DNA of 64,000 nt from Candidatus Saccharimonadota bacterium (GTDB lineage: Bacteria > Patescibacteriota > Saccharimonadia > Saccharimonadales > UBA4665), in assembly GCA_027327085.1 (NCBI GenBank), contig DAHWAT010000001.1:3867-67866 (forward strand), in the 5' to 3' direction. How positions within the stretch are numbered: the first letter of the stretch is position 1; each line of letters starts with the position of its first letter. The translations under genes and the position numbers were made by a program. The notes under the pieces were generated by a model. The model was given only the letters and a program-made list of their open reading frames with translations, was not told the origin of the DNA and did not search any database. Shown here one piece after another: positions 47,896-57,675 of this stretch.

Positions 47896-48535
47896 TTTTC
47901 TTAGTCGCGTAGGCACCTAAGGCTATACCGCCAATCCCGGTAGCTAAAAGGCCTACCGCCAAAGGCTTAATTGGACTTTCAAGTTTTTTAGGATGCCAGT
48001 AAATAATTTGGTTATGAGCCTGTACTAATTGCTCTAGGTCTTTATTTAAATCCTTTGAGTAATCGCTCGACATTAGAGATCTTAACCTTAACCTAGCCCA
48101 CTCTGTTCTTACCGATTCGGGCACGGCATTAGGCAAAAATATTTTATCGCTTAGTTTGGTGGTTAAGCACTTATCTGAGTCGTGTTGGCTAAACGTTTCT
48201 GGTCGACCGTAAGGAGAGAAATGCTCTTCTATTACAGCTTGCCTGTGAGATAAAACAATACTTCTAACTTGGACAACTTGGGGAATTATAGTGCTTGGAG
48301 GATAATCGTCATGCTCTATAACACCCGATAAAAGCTCACCATAACCTCTTATTAGTTCCTGCTGCTGCCTGTGTATCTTTGCTGGCAGGATACGCTGGTT
48401 AGTTGACAACCAGGTTTTTATTCCTCCAACCAGAAACTCAGCTTCATTGGTTAGGTGTAAATCTAATACTGACTCTAAACCAGCAGGACCAACGGGGTCC
48501 ATAAACTCCGGAGTTGATAAGTTATCCACACTCAT
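47882..48535 (-). CDS. Hypothetical protein with C-terminal TM anchor
   Basis: 217-aa ORF, hydrophobic C-terminus. Confidence 0.6.
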   Translation of the reverse strand: MSVDNLSTPEFMDPVGPAGLESVLDLHLTNEAEFLVGGIKTWLSTNQRILPAKIHRQQQELIRGYGELLSGVIEHDDYPPSTIIPQVVQVRSIVLSHRQAVIEEHFSPYGRPETFSQHDSDKCLTTKLSDKIFLPNAVPESVRTEWARLRLRSLMSSDYSKDLNKDLEQLVQAHNQIIYWHPKKLESPIKPLAVGLLATGIGGIALGAYATKKIIDR

Positions 48536-48595
48536 AGAAGATAATAATAGTCATATATTATAATAATTTCAACACTTTTTTGTTAATTTAATCAG

Positions 48596-49633
48596 CTATG
48601 GCAATAGTTCAGGTTCTTGCTGAAGCTCAATGCCAAACCTTGCTTGAACTACAGAGACAATTTTTTCCTTAAATAACAACAGGTCATTAGTTGATTTGGC
48701 GTGTTCGTTGACAAGAACTAATGGCTGATTTTCCCAAGTCGCCATACCGGTTTCTTGGTCATGGTAATTCTTATAACCGGCTTTTTCAATTAACCAGGCA
48801 GCTGATACTTTAAACAGTCCGTTGTCGGTTGGCCAACTAACTAAATCTGGGAAAAGAGTCTTTAGCTGTTGCTCACTTTCCTGACTTATTAAGGGATTAG
48901 CAAAGAAAGAACCACAATTATGGATTGTCTTTGGGTCAGGTAATTTATGTTTTCTTATTTGAATAACAGCCTGGCGAACAGTTTCTGGTGTAAAATCAGT
49001 TATCTTTTGATCGTTAAAATAATTAGTTACATCTTTATAGAATGGTGGTTCAGGGTTTGTCTTTTTAAGCCTAAGCTTTAACTTGGTAATATAGAAACGA
49101 CCACGCTCAGAAGTTTTAAAGCGACTAGTTCTATAGCCAAATCCACAGTCTGCGTTATCGATTGTAAAAAATTTATTTTCTAAAGCATCATAGACTCTGA
49201 TATTAACTAGACTTTGAGATATCTCTTGGCCATATGCTCCAACATTTTGAATAGGCGTAGCTCCTGTTTTGCCCGGTATTAAACTCAAGGCTTCTATGCC
49301 GCTAAGCTCTTCGCTAGTAGATTGTTCAACAATTTTGTCCCATATCTCCCCAGCTCCAACAGTTAATAGATAACTATTGCTAGTTTCTTTATGTATATCA
49401 AAATAATTAATATCATTTACAATGACTAAACCTTCAAAAAGACCGTCTTGCCAAACGATATTACTCCCCTCGCCGATAATTATGCTATGGAGCTTATTGG
49501 CTTTAGCAAAACTCATCGCCTCAACTAATTCAGTTTCGTTCGAAACGCGCACTAAATATCTGACTTTACCACCTAGAGCCATGGTAGAAAAATTGGCTAG
49601 ATCAACATTTTCTTGAAACCGCATTAGCCTCAT
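48596..49633 (-). CDS. murB: UDP-N-acetylmuramate dehydrogenase
   Basis: IGEGSN, IPG..GA.PIQNVGAYG, FGYR.S.FK, GSFF.NP, L.QEP. Confidence 0.95.
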   Translation of the reverse strand: MRLMRFQENVDLANFSTMALGGKVRYLVRVSNETELVEAMSFAKANKLHSIIIGEGSNIVWQDGLFEGLVIVNDINYFDIHKETSNSYLLTVGAGEIWDKIVEQSTSEELSGIEALSLIPGKTGATPIQNVGAYGQEISQSLVNIRVYDALENKFFTIDNADCGFGYRTSRFKTSERGRFYITKLKLRLKKTNPEPPFYKDVTNYFNDQKITDFTPETVRQAVIQIRKHKLPDPKTIHNCGSFFANPLISQESEQQLKTLFPDLVSWPTDNGLFKVSAAWLIEKAGYKNYHDQETGMATWENQPLVLVNEHAKSTNDLLLFKEKIVSVVQARFGIELQQEPELLP

Positions 49634-49679
49634 TATACAAGCGTGGTTAAGCTTGCACTAGAGTTATAACAAGCTTAAA

Positions 49680-50252
49680 ATGTTTAGTATGCTCAATAGA
49701 GAAAGACCCTATTTCAAATTAGGCGATAAACTTAAACAGTTTAGAGAGAGATCTAAATTAAGTTTATCTGAAGTTTCCGATGCACTTGAAATAGACGAAA
49801 AACGATTGCAAAAAATTGAAGCTGGTGCGGTCAGGCCGGATGAAGATTTAATGCTTCTTATGATCAACTACTTTAATATGTTGGATCAAGAAGCCTTGAA
49901 GGTATGGCAATTAGCTGATTATGATACAGAATTAGGGGATCATCTTATGTTTGAAGAAAATGTAATAGATAATACGTCTCAAGCAAAACCAGTCATAGTT
50001 TTAATTGCTAATGAGCCCAAAACTATGTATACAGATGGGGTATCGGTCGGTTGGAATAAAGCCGGTTTAACCATGGAATTTACACAGGCTACTCCTAAAG
50101 GCCAAATCAGTATTGCAAAATTAGGCATGAGTTACGAACAGTCCATAGAAGTACTAAAGTGCTTAGAATCAGCTATACTCAAAGCTAAATATACTGAAAA
50201 GTTTAAACTACTCCCGCCAAAGATTGATCAGCAAAATAGTAAGGGTAAGTGA
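49680..50252 (+). CDS. XRE-family HTH protein
   Basis: LG.KLK.FRE...LSL.EVS.ALEI....L.KIE.G..RP. Confidence 0.8.
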   Translation: MFSMLNRERPYFKLGDKLKQFRERSKLSLSEVSDALEIDEKRLQKIEAGAVRPDEDLMLLMINYFNMLDQEALKVWQLADYDTELGDHLMFEENVIDNTSQAKPVIVLIANEPKTMYTDGVSVGWNKAGLTMEFTQATPKGQISIAKLGMSYEQSIEVLKCLESAILKAKYTEKFKLLPPKIDQQNSKGK

Positions 50253-50326
50253 GGTAATAATTCTTACTGCATCAAACCTTGCCTAGTTGTATTCTAGCCA
50301 CATAATTTAAAAAATAAGGATGCTTT

Positions 50327-50422
50327 ATGACAATTGAAAGTATGTTAGGCAATTTACAGGTTTTAGCCAGTCGTAACGCTAAAAAACTTAAGGCCAAAAA
50401 TAAACTGACTAAAATAGTTTAA
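50327..50422 (+). CDS. Putative 31-aa basic small protein
   Basis: AAGGA SD; MTIESMLGNLQVLASRNAKKLKAKNKLTKIV. Confidence 0.4.
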   Translation: MTIESMLGNLQVLASRNAKKLKAKNKLTKIV

Positions 50423-50500
50423 GTATTTTAGAAAAATGCTAAAAATATAGCCTGATTTATGTCTTTATGAATCATGATCTCTGATACAATATAGCCATCA

Positions 50501-50577
50501 GCGCCCGTAGCTCAGCGGATTAGAGCGTCTGTCTTCGGAACAGAAAGTCGGGGGTTCGAATCCCTCCGGGCGTACCA
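50501..50577 (+). tRNA. tRNA-Arg(TCG)
   Basis: TCTGT-CT-TCG-GA-ACAGA; CCA. Confidence 0.95.
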
Positions 50578-50665
50578 ATTTAAGGCTTCCCTTCTTATTG
50601 AAAATAGTCCTGAATCACAACATATAGTTGCTCAAGTTCTCTAGATTATTTTATAATTCTAAGTA

Positions 50666-51256
50666 ATGAGCAAGGAGAAAATAGCTGTTGATGTTGATGA
50701 GGTTTTGTTCCCTTTTGTTGAAGAATTCATTAAAGACCATAACATTCGTTTTGCAACTGGCTTAAACAAGAGCCAATTTCATAGTTACGACTTTTCTGAA
50801 CCACTAGGGCTTGATGCACCCAAGACAGCAGAAAAAGTGTATGCTTTCCAAAAACAACTAGGCAGTAAAGGCGTTAAGCCATTGGATAAATCAATAGAGG
50901 CAGTTGCTAAATTATCCAAGCACTATGATTTAGCGATAGTGACAGCAAGACACCCCCAATTTGAACCTATGACTACTAAATGGCTAAGGGAGCATTTTGA
51001 AGATAGTTTTGCCAGCATAACCCATATTGGTTATGCGCAAGTAATGGAAAAGCCAAGGACCAAAGCTGAAGTTTGTTTAGAGCTAGGGGCAATCGCGTTA
51101 ATTGATGACACAATAGACCATATTGTTGAGTGTTCGCAATCAGGTGTCAAAGGAGTATTATTCGGTAATTATCCTTGGAATCAAACTGAAGTTTTGCCGC
51201 CTAATGTAACTCGCTGTTCTAACTGGCAAGAAGTATTAGAAAATTTTGGCCTTTAG
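50666..51256 (+). CDS. HAD 5'(3')-nucleotidase-like (NT5C-type) protein
   Basis: AVDVDEVL, VTAR, K...C, LIDD, YPWN. Confidence 0.85.
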   Translation: MSKEKIAVDVDEVLFPFVEEFIKDHNIRFATGLNKSQFHSYDFSEPLGLDAPKTAEKVYAFQKQLGSKGVKPLDKSIEAVAKLSKHYDLAIVTARHPQFEPMTTKWLREHFEDSFASITHIGYAQVMEKPRTKAEVCLELGAIALIDDTIDHIVECSQSGVKGVLFGNYPWNQTEVLPPNVTRCSNWQEVLENFGL

Positions 51257-51332
51257 GTTATGGTCATTCTTTAAATAGTTCTTAATAGTGTGAAGCTCTC
51301 GTGAAATTCCAATAATAAATTGATAATATTTA

Positions 51333-51361
51333 TTTCTAATCATAACTAATAGAGTGCACCG
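51333..51361 (+). repeat. Degenerate att-like site downstream of tRNA-Arg(TCG) cassette
   Basis: TTTC-N22-CCG; last 10 nt GAGTGCACCG vs tRNA GGGCGTACCA (4 transitions). Confidence 0.5.
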
Positions 51362-51575
51362 GCAAGGAAATAATTATATAGCCATAGAGGTTGTAGTTAT
51401 TGATGCTCATATTTATCAGTTACTTAACGGCTTTTGTTTGGTACAATCTGCATTAAACCAGGGTCAGCGACCCTAAAATTGCTGGTATTACTAATTGTTA
51501 TAATACTTTTACATAAATGAGTAAAATTAGAAAATTCATGGGAATATATCAGAAAGCAATGGTACAGTATTAACT

Positions 51576-52712
51576 ATGCCTAGGCAAAACTTAGTAAATT
51601 ATGAAGTTAACCGAACTATTGCTGCACCTTTAAAGAGTTCGGGTAGAGCAGCTGTTAGGCCTAAAAAGTCAAAGTGGTCACGAAAAAGGAAGGTTTTAAC
51701 TTCAGTGCTAATTACTCTAGCGATAATCGTCGGTGTAGGTATTTGGTTTGGTGCTGGTATTATTGGTAATTTAGACAAACTGTTCCATGGCAACATATTT
51801 AGCGATATTCACGCTTTCTTTTCTACAACTCAACTAAAAGGCGAGAATGAAGGTCGAGTAAATATCCTTTTAGCAGGCTATCAAGGTAAAAATAGTGATG
51901 AAGGGCCATTAACCGACTCGATAATGATAGTCAGTTTGGATACGAAAAATAATACTGCTTTTACTATGAGTATTCCCCGTGATCTATGGGTAAAAATACC
52001 GGGTATTGGTCAACAAAAAATAAATGCAGCTAATACTAATACCAGTTTTAATGAACCAGGTTATTTTAAAGGAGGCATGGGGGATCTACAATCAATCATT
52101 GAACAAGATTTTCATATTCCTATTGATTATTACGCCCTGATTGATTACAACGCCTTTGAAGGTGCGGTTAATGCAGTCGGTGGCATAACAGTTGATATCA
52201 AAAGCCCCGATCCAAGGGGTTTATATGACCCTAATGTCGATAAGGCTGACGGCGGTCCCTTAATTTTACCTAACGGACCAGTTAATTTAGACGGTAAGCA
52301 AGCTTTGGCTTTGGCTGTAGCAAGAGGTGATTCACCTTACGCATACGGATTTCCCTTAAGTGATATTAACCGTACTCAGCATCAACGCCAAATGCTGATT
52401 GCTTTAGAGCAGAAGGCCTCAAGTACAGGCGTGCTAACCAACCCCATAACTATAACTCAGCTAGTTAATAGTTTTGCTAGTAATGTAAAAACAAACTTAA
52501 GTCTGCCTGACGTACTTGAGCTAGCTAGACTTATAAAACACGTGAATTTCAATAATATTAAGTCGTACGGATTAACATACTCCGGTAATGGACCGGAGGC
52601 TTTACTGACTACTTTTTATGCTCCAAACGGATCAGACGCTTTAATTCCAAGAGCTGGTGAGTTTAATTACAGTGCCATTCAGGCCTACTATAATCAAATA
52701 ACCGGTAACTAA
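51576..52712 (+). CDS. LCP (LytR-CpsA-Psr) family protein
   Basis: N.LL.G, TDSIMIVS, SIPRDL, KINAA, VNAVGG, D..R...QRQ. Confidence 0.92.
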   Translation: MPRQNLVNYEVNRTIAAPLKSSGRAAVRPKKSKWSRKRKVLTSVLITLAIIVGVGIWFGAGIIGNLDKLFHGNIFSDIHAFFSTTQLKGENEGRVNILLAGYQGKNSDEGPLTDSIMIVSLDTKNNTAFTMSIPRDLWVKIPGIGQQKINAANTNTSFNEPGYFKGGMGDLQSIIEQDFHIPIDYYALIDYNAFEGAVNAVGGITVDIKSPDPRGLYDPNVDKADGGPLILPNGPVNLDGKQALALAVARGDSPYAYGFPLSDINRTQHQRQMLIALEQKASSTGVLTNPITITQLVNSFASNVKTNLSLPDVLELARLIKHVNFNNIKSYGLTYSGNGPEALLTTFYAPNGSDALIPRAGEFNYSAIQAYYNQITGN

Positions 52713-52800
52713 TCCAGTCAGTCTTGCCTTTATATAGACTTGCCGGCTAAAAGATAATTAACTTATCAGTTAAACTGCTTGACTAAGTTATAATTAAAAT

Positions 52801-53637
52801 ATGTCGCCTCTGGATTTTGTTGTATCTCTTGGAATTATCTCGATTGCGGCCGGTCTGTTAGGTTCTTTGGTTGGTCTGGGAGGTGGCATTATTATAGTGC
52901 CAGTACTGACACTTATCTATCATATTGATATTAGATTAGCCATTGGTGCCTCAATTCTATCAGTTATTGCTACATCTTCAGGAGCAGCTGTTACATATAT
53001 ACGCGAGCATCTGACAAATCTAAGAGCTGGCATGTTTCTGGAAATAGCCACCACAACCGGGGCTGTTACCGGTGCATATATTACTACCCTTATAGGCAGC
53101 AAATCTTTATTTATCCTTTTTGCAATTGTCTTAATCTACTCTGCCTTTTCGATGTTTCACAACCGCCATAAATCAGTTATTCTAACCGATTCTAAAGATA
53201 GGATCGCTAATTATTTAAACTTGCATGGTTCATACTACGATCAAACTGAACATCAGGAGATTAGTTATAAAGTTTCTGGTACTAAATTAGGGCTTGGCTT
53301 AATGTATATAGCCGGTATGATTTCAGCTTTGTTGGGGGTTGGTTCTGGCGCTTTAAAAGTCCCTGCTATGGATATTGCCATGCATATACCGATTAAAGCT
53401 TCGGCCGCTACGAGTGATTTTATGATTGGCGTAACAGCAGCAGCTAGTGCTGGAGCTTATTTTGCTCGAGGACAAATTAATCCTATTATTGCCGCCCCAA
53501 TCGTTATTGGTGTATTAATTGGAGCGGTAATTGGATCGCGTTTACTGAGTCATGTTACTTCTCGTTACGTTCAAGGCTTATTTATCTTAGTACTAATTGT
53601 TGTAGCTATAGAAATGTTGCAAAGGGGTCTTTCATGA
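52801..53637 (+). CDS. TauE/SafE family sulfite exporter
   Basis: GSLVGLGGG.IIVP, LLGVGSG..KVP, ATS.FMIG. Confidence 0.9.
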   Translation: MSPLDFVVSLGIISIAAGLLGSLVGLGGGIIIVPVLTLIYHIDIRLAIGASILSVIATSSGAAVTYIREHLTNLRAGMFLEIATTTGAVTGAYITTLIGSKSLFILFAIVLIYSAFSMFHNRHKSVILTDSKDRIANYLNLHGSYYDQTEHQEISYKVSGTKLGLGLMYIAGMISALLGVGSGALKVPAMDIAMHIPIKASAATSDFMIGVTAAASAGAYFARGQINPIIAAPIVIGVLIGAVIGSRLLSHVTSRYVQGLFILVLIVVAIEMLQRGLS

Positions 53638-54011
53638 GTAGTCAACAATCCATGAAGAAGGCTGAGCTTATAGTAAGCACGGTTTTACAGGTTGGTGTTA
53701 TTTTAAGCACCTTGACTATTTTAGCTGGGACCGTGTTGCTGTTTTCTAACATGGGTAATGGTCAAAGTTCTTATCGCCGATACGTGACAGTTAATTATTC
53801 TTTCCCTCATACAATTTCAACACTTAAATCAGCCTTGTTGGCTGGTTCAGGTACCGGTTTTATAGAAATAGGGGTATTTCTTTTAATACTGACGCCTATC
53901 CTAAGGGTCGCAACTTCAATTTTGATATTTAAACGTCAAAAAGACACGCCGATGACTTTAGTTACTTTATTTGTTCTCCTGGTCCTGATAAGCTCATTTG
54001 TTTTAAAGTGA
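53634..54011 (+). CDS. DUF1634-like membrane protein
   Basis: Overlaps TauE gene; G..LLILTP.LRV. Confidence 0.8.
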   Translation: MSSQQSMKKAELIVSTVLQVGVILSTLTILAGTVLLFSNMGNGQSSYRRYVTVNYSFPHTISTLKSALLAGSGTGFIEIGVFLLILTPILRVATSILIFKRQKDTPMTLVTLFVLLVLISSFVLK

Positions 54012-54054
54012 GTTCTTTATAATTTAACCCTAGTATATAGGCTATAATTAAAGT

Positions 54055-54549
54055 ATGGATCAAGTGCAAGTTGTATATCTAGCTGGCGGCTGTTTTTGGG
54101 GATTAGAAGAACTATTTAAGCATGAACATGGGGTTACCGAAACCGAAGTTGGTTATTGTGGTGGCAGTAACGATAATCCGACTTATGAATACCATCCAGG
54201 TCATGCCGAGACTGTGGCAGTCTATTATGATCCTAGTAAAACTAGCTTGGATAAACTGTTGGATTTTTTCTTTCGAGTGCATGATCCAACTACTTTGAAT
54301 CGGCAGGGTAACGACAAAGGCTCATCTTATCGCTCAGCAATATTTTATACAAATGAATCAGAGCTAAAAATTGCCCAGTCTATCATTGACAAAGTTAACG
54401 CTTCAGGACTGTATAAAGATCCAGTGGTAACGAGCTTAGAAAAATATAAGCAGTTTTTTCTTGCCGAAGACTATCACCAAGACTATCTGGAAAAACACCC
54501 CGGAGGCTACACTTGTCATTATTTAAGAACTGATGCTAGTTTTATTTGA
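54055..54549 (+). CDS. msrA: Peptide-methionine (S)-S-oxide reductase
   Basis: GGCFWG, HDPT..NRQGND.G..YRSAIF, AE.YHQDY. Confidence 0.96.
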   Translation: MDQVQVVYLAGGCFWGLEELFKHEHGVTETEVGYCGGSNDNPTYEYHPGHAETVAVYYDPSKTSLDKLLDFFFRVHDPTTLNRQGNDKGSSYRSAIFYTNESELKIAQSIIDKVNASGLYKDPVVTSLEKYKQFFLAEDYHQDYLEKHPGGYTCHYLRTDASFI

Positions 54550-54604
54550 GTGTCGTCCTGGTATTAAGGTATAATTAACGGCCGAGAGGTAAAATATAAG
54601 TTAT

Positions 54605-54682
54605 GGTGCCTGTAGCTCAGTTGGTTAGAGCGTCGGGTTGTGGTCCCGAAGGCCGTGAGTTCAAGTCTCATCAGGCACCCCA
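54605..54682 (+). tRNA. tRNA-His(GTG)
   Basis: TCGGG-TT-GTG-GT-CCCGA; G-1 and CCA encoded. Confidence 0.96.
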
Positions 54683-54838
54683 AGCTTAAGCGATATTTAG
54701 TTTTATAGTTTAATTAGCACAAGTGGTTTGACTTAGAATAAATCATTCATTAGAATTTATGATTATGTTTAACTTGTTAAGAGTTGTGGTTTTGCTGAAG
54801 CGTCTATTATCTCGTGGATTACTTTTGTTGCTACATGA

Positions 54839-55765
54839 TTAGGCTTTAACTTGTATAACTACTTTACCTTTGGGATGATCATTTTTAAGATAATCTAAAG
54901 CTAAACTGGTTTCCGCCAGATTAAACTGCCTATCTATATTAACTGAAATCCTATGTTGGTTAACAAGTTCAGCAATGAAGTTTAACTTTTCTGTGGACAC
55001 TTGCGTGAATTGATGGATTGAGGTTACTTCAAATTTGGCGTCAAGCTGAGGATTAGTCTCATTAACCATAGATATAATTTTTCCACCCGGTTTTAAAACT
55101 TCATATGATTTTGTGAAACTTTGACCACCCACCAAATCAAAGACGTAATCATAATCCTTAACAAGTTTAGTAAAGTCTTCTTTATGATAATCAATTGCTA
55201 AATCGGCACCAAGAGATTTAACATAAGCTTTATCATTTTGACTAACTGTAGTGGCAATGTTGAGGCCAAAATACTTGGCTATTTGTATAGCCATACCGCC
55301 GATGCCGCCAGCTCCGCCATGAATTAAAATATTTTGGTGTGGCTTTACTTCTAAATGACTGAGGGCTTGATAAGCACTACAGGCCACTAGAGGTAAAGCT
55401 GCTGCAGTTAAATAATCAGTTTTAGGCATTAGAGCCATCTGCGAAATATCTACTATTGTATACTCAGCGAACGATCCTTGTTTAGTTGCATTAGCTTGAC
55501 CATATATTTTGTCACCGATACTAAAATCGGTTACTCCTTCACCTAGAGCTGTGATTATACCTGCAACATCGCCACCTAGAATGATAGGTAACTCTAAGGG
55601 CATAGTTTGTTTCATTAAACCATCTCTAACTTTATAGTCAAACGGGTTAGCACTGGCTGCGTAAACTTCTACTTGCACCTGGTTGACTGAAGGTTCTGGG
55701 ACATCAACTATATCAATTTGTACTGAACCTACACTGGCGTATTTTTTTAATAATGCCGCCCTCAT
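54839..55765 (-). CDS. NADP-dependent MDR oxidoreductase (quinone reductase-like)
   Basis: NPFD.K, G.D.AG, LIHGGAGGIG, GKVV. Confidence 0.9.
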   Translation of the reverse strand: MRAALLKKYASVGSVQIDIVDVPEPSVNQVQVEVYAASANPFDYKVRDGLMKQTMPLELPIILGGDVAGIITALGEGVTDFSIGDKIYGQANATKQGSFAEYTIVDISQMALMPKTDYLTAAALPLVACSAYQALSHLEVKPHQNILIHGGAGGIGGMAIQIAKYFGLNIATTVSQNDKAYVKSLGADLAIDYHKEDFTKLVKDYDYVFDLVGGQSFTKSYEVLKPGGKIISMVNETNPQLDAKFEVTSIHQFTQVSTEKLNFIAELVNQHRISVNIDRQFNLAETSLALDYLKNDHPKGKVVIQVKA

Positions 55766-55848
55766 AATTTTCTCCCTAACTACTAAATATCATTATACTT
55801 CTATATGTAAAAAGCTAAAAATTGCTATACTGTACTTAAGTCTTCAAT

Positions 55849-57675
55849 ATGAAAAAAGTTTTGCATTTTTTTAGAAACTACTATTTGTTTAGCTTTGCTT
55901 TAATAGCTGGGCTGACTGGATTAATTTTAGATTTACTGCATTACTCTTTAGCGGCAAATATAGTGATAGCCAGCATAGCTTTAGTTGAGGCATTGCCACT
56001 AATTTGGGAGATGTGGCAAGATTTTCGTTCAGGCAAATACGGTATCGATATCTTGGCAGCAACAGCTATTATAAGTTCGATTGTTCTAAAACAATATTGG
56101 GCAAGTTTAGTAGTTGTTTTAATGTTAACCGGTGGCAAGTCGCTTGAAGATTTTGCTGAAAGAAGAGCTAAAAGCGAGTTGAGCTCTCTACTGAGTAGAG
56201 TTCCGCTAGTTGCCCATGTCATTAAAAAGAATACTGTCTTAGAAGTAAAACTAGAAGATATAAAACCTGGCGATAAGCTAATAATAAAGGCGGGTGAAGT
56301 TGTACCGGTTGATGCCGAAATTATAGAAGGACAATCTAGCTTTGACGAGTCTTCGATAACAGGCGAAGGCTTACCAGTACAAAAAGACTTAAAAGCGATT
56401 ATCTTAAGTGGCTCATTAAACATTGACGGGGTAGTTACTGCTAAGGCAATTGCTTCAGCTAACGACAGTCAATATCAAAAAATTATTAAGCTAGTGAAAA
56501 ATGCAGCGTCTTCTCAAGCGCCTTTTATCAGATTAGCCGATAAATATAGCGTGCCCTTCAGCTTAGCTTCTTTTGCTATTGCTGGGGCAGTTTGGGTATT
56601 ATCTGGTCACGCCATACGCTTTTTGGAAGTTATCATTGTAGCAACACCCTGCCCCTTACTCTTAGCTGCTCCTATAGCTTTAATAAGCGGTATGTCAAGA
56701 GCCAGTCGTTATGGCATTATTGTTAAAAATGGGTCGGCCCTAGAAAAACTTGCTTCAGCTAGAACTATTGCTTTCGATAAGACTGGCACCTTAACTAAGG
56801 GGCATTTAAATGTTAGGGAGGTTACATCTTTTAGTGGTCTTGATGAAGCTAAGCTCATAAAACTGGCTGCCAGTGTTGAGCAGAACTCGAACCATGTTCT
56901 AGCAAAATCTATCATTAAATATAGCCAATCTAAAAAGATAAAGTTAGAAAAGGCTAAAAACATTGAAGAGATAGCTGGTCGAGGCATTAAGGCTAGCGTC
57001 AAAGGAGATACTGTTTGGGTAGGTGGCTATAGTCTTATAAAAGACCTTGCTGGTCCTGAAGCAAAAAATGTCAAACCAGATTATACCTCAACCTATATAA
57101 TTGTTAACGGAAAACTTGAGGGACAAATAAAATTCAGTGATTCAGCTAGACAAGAAGCTAAAAAAACCATATCGATACTACATAAACTAGGCATTAAAAA
57201 TATAGCTGTTATTAGTGGAGATAACTTACCTGCGGTTAAAATAGTTGCCGATGAATTAGGCATAGATCAAATTTTTGCCGATCAACTACCTGCCGATAAG
57301 TTACACACCTTAACTAAGCTCAAACCAAAACCGGTTGTTTTTGTAGGTGACGGCATTAATGATGCACCAGTTTTGACTTCAGCTGATGTCGGTATAGCTA
57401 TGGGAGCAAAAGGCTCAACAGCCGCCAGCGAATCAGCCGATATGGTTATCATGTTAGACGATTTAAGCCGGGTAGCTATGGCTGTGGAGATTGCTAAGAA
57501 AACTTTTAAGGTCGCCGATCAAAGCATACTAATTGGTATTGGTCTAAGCTTTATGCTGATGGCTATATTCGCAACTGGCAAGTTTCCTCCAGTTGTTGGC
57601 GCTGTTTTACAAGAAGTTGTTGATGTCGTGTCGATTCTTAACGCGCTTAGAGCGCACCGTATTAAGCTTACTTAA
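55849..57675 (+). CDS. Heavy-metal P1B-type ATPase
   Basis: TGE, TPCP, DKTGT, GDGINDAP; no N-terminal metal-binding domain. Confidence 0.93.
   Translation: MKKVLHFFRNYYLFSFALIAGLTGLILDLLHYSLAANIVIASIALVEALPLIWEMWQDFRSGKYGIDILAATAIISSIVLKQYWASLVVVLMLTGGKSLEDFAERRAKSELSSLLSRVPLVAHVIKKNTVLEVKLEDIKPGDKLIIKAGEVVPVDAEIIEGQSSFDESSITGEGLPVQKDLKAIILSGSLNIDGVVTAKAIASANDSQYQKIIKLVKNAASSQAPFIRLADKYSVPFSLASFAIAGAVWVLSGHAIRFLEVIIVATPCPLLLAAPIALISGMSRASRYGIIVKNGSALEKLASARTIAFDKTGTLTKGHLNVREVTSFSGLDEAKLIKLAASVEQNSNHVLAKSIIKYSQSKKIKLEKAKNIEEIAGRGIKASVKGDTVWVGGYSLIKDLAGPEAKNVKPDYTSTYIIVNGKLEGQIKFSDSARQEAKKTISILHKLGIKNIAVISGDNLPAVKIVADELGIDQIFADQLPADKLHTLTKLKPKPVVFVGDGINDAPVLTSADVGIAMGAKGSTAASESADMVIMLDDLSRVAMAVEIAKKTFKVADQSILIGIGLSFMLMAIFATGKFPPVVGAVLQEVVDVVSILNALRAHRIKLT

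Noticed and set aside
51458..51486. Small nested hairpin upstream of the LCP gene as a riboswitch
   Set aside because: Short stems, no recognisable aptamer or expression platform
54683..54838. att-like arm downstream of tRNA-His
   Set aside because: No GTT[CG]-N22-CCA or tRNA-end copy found
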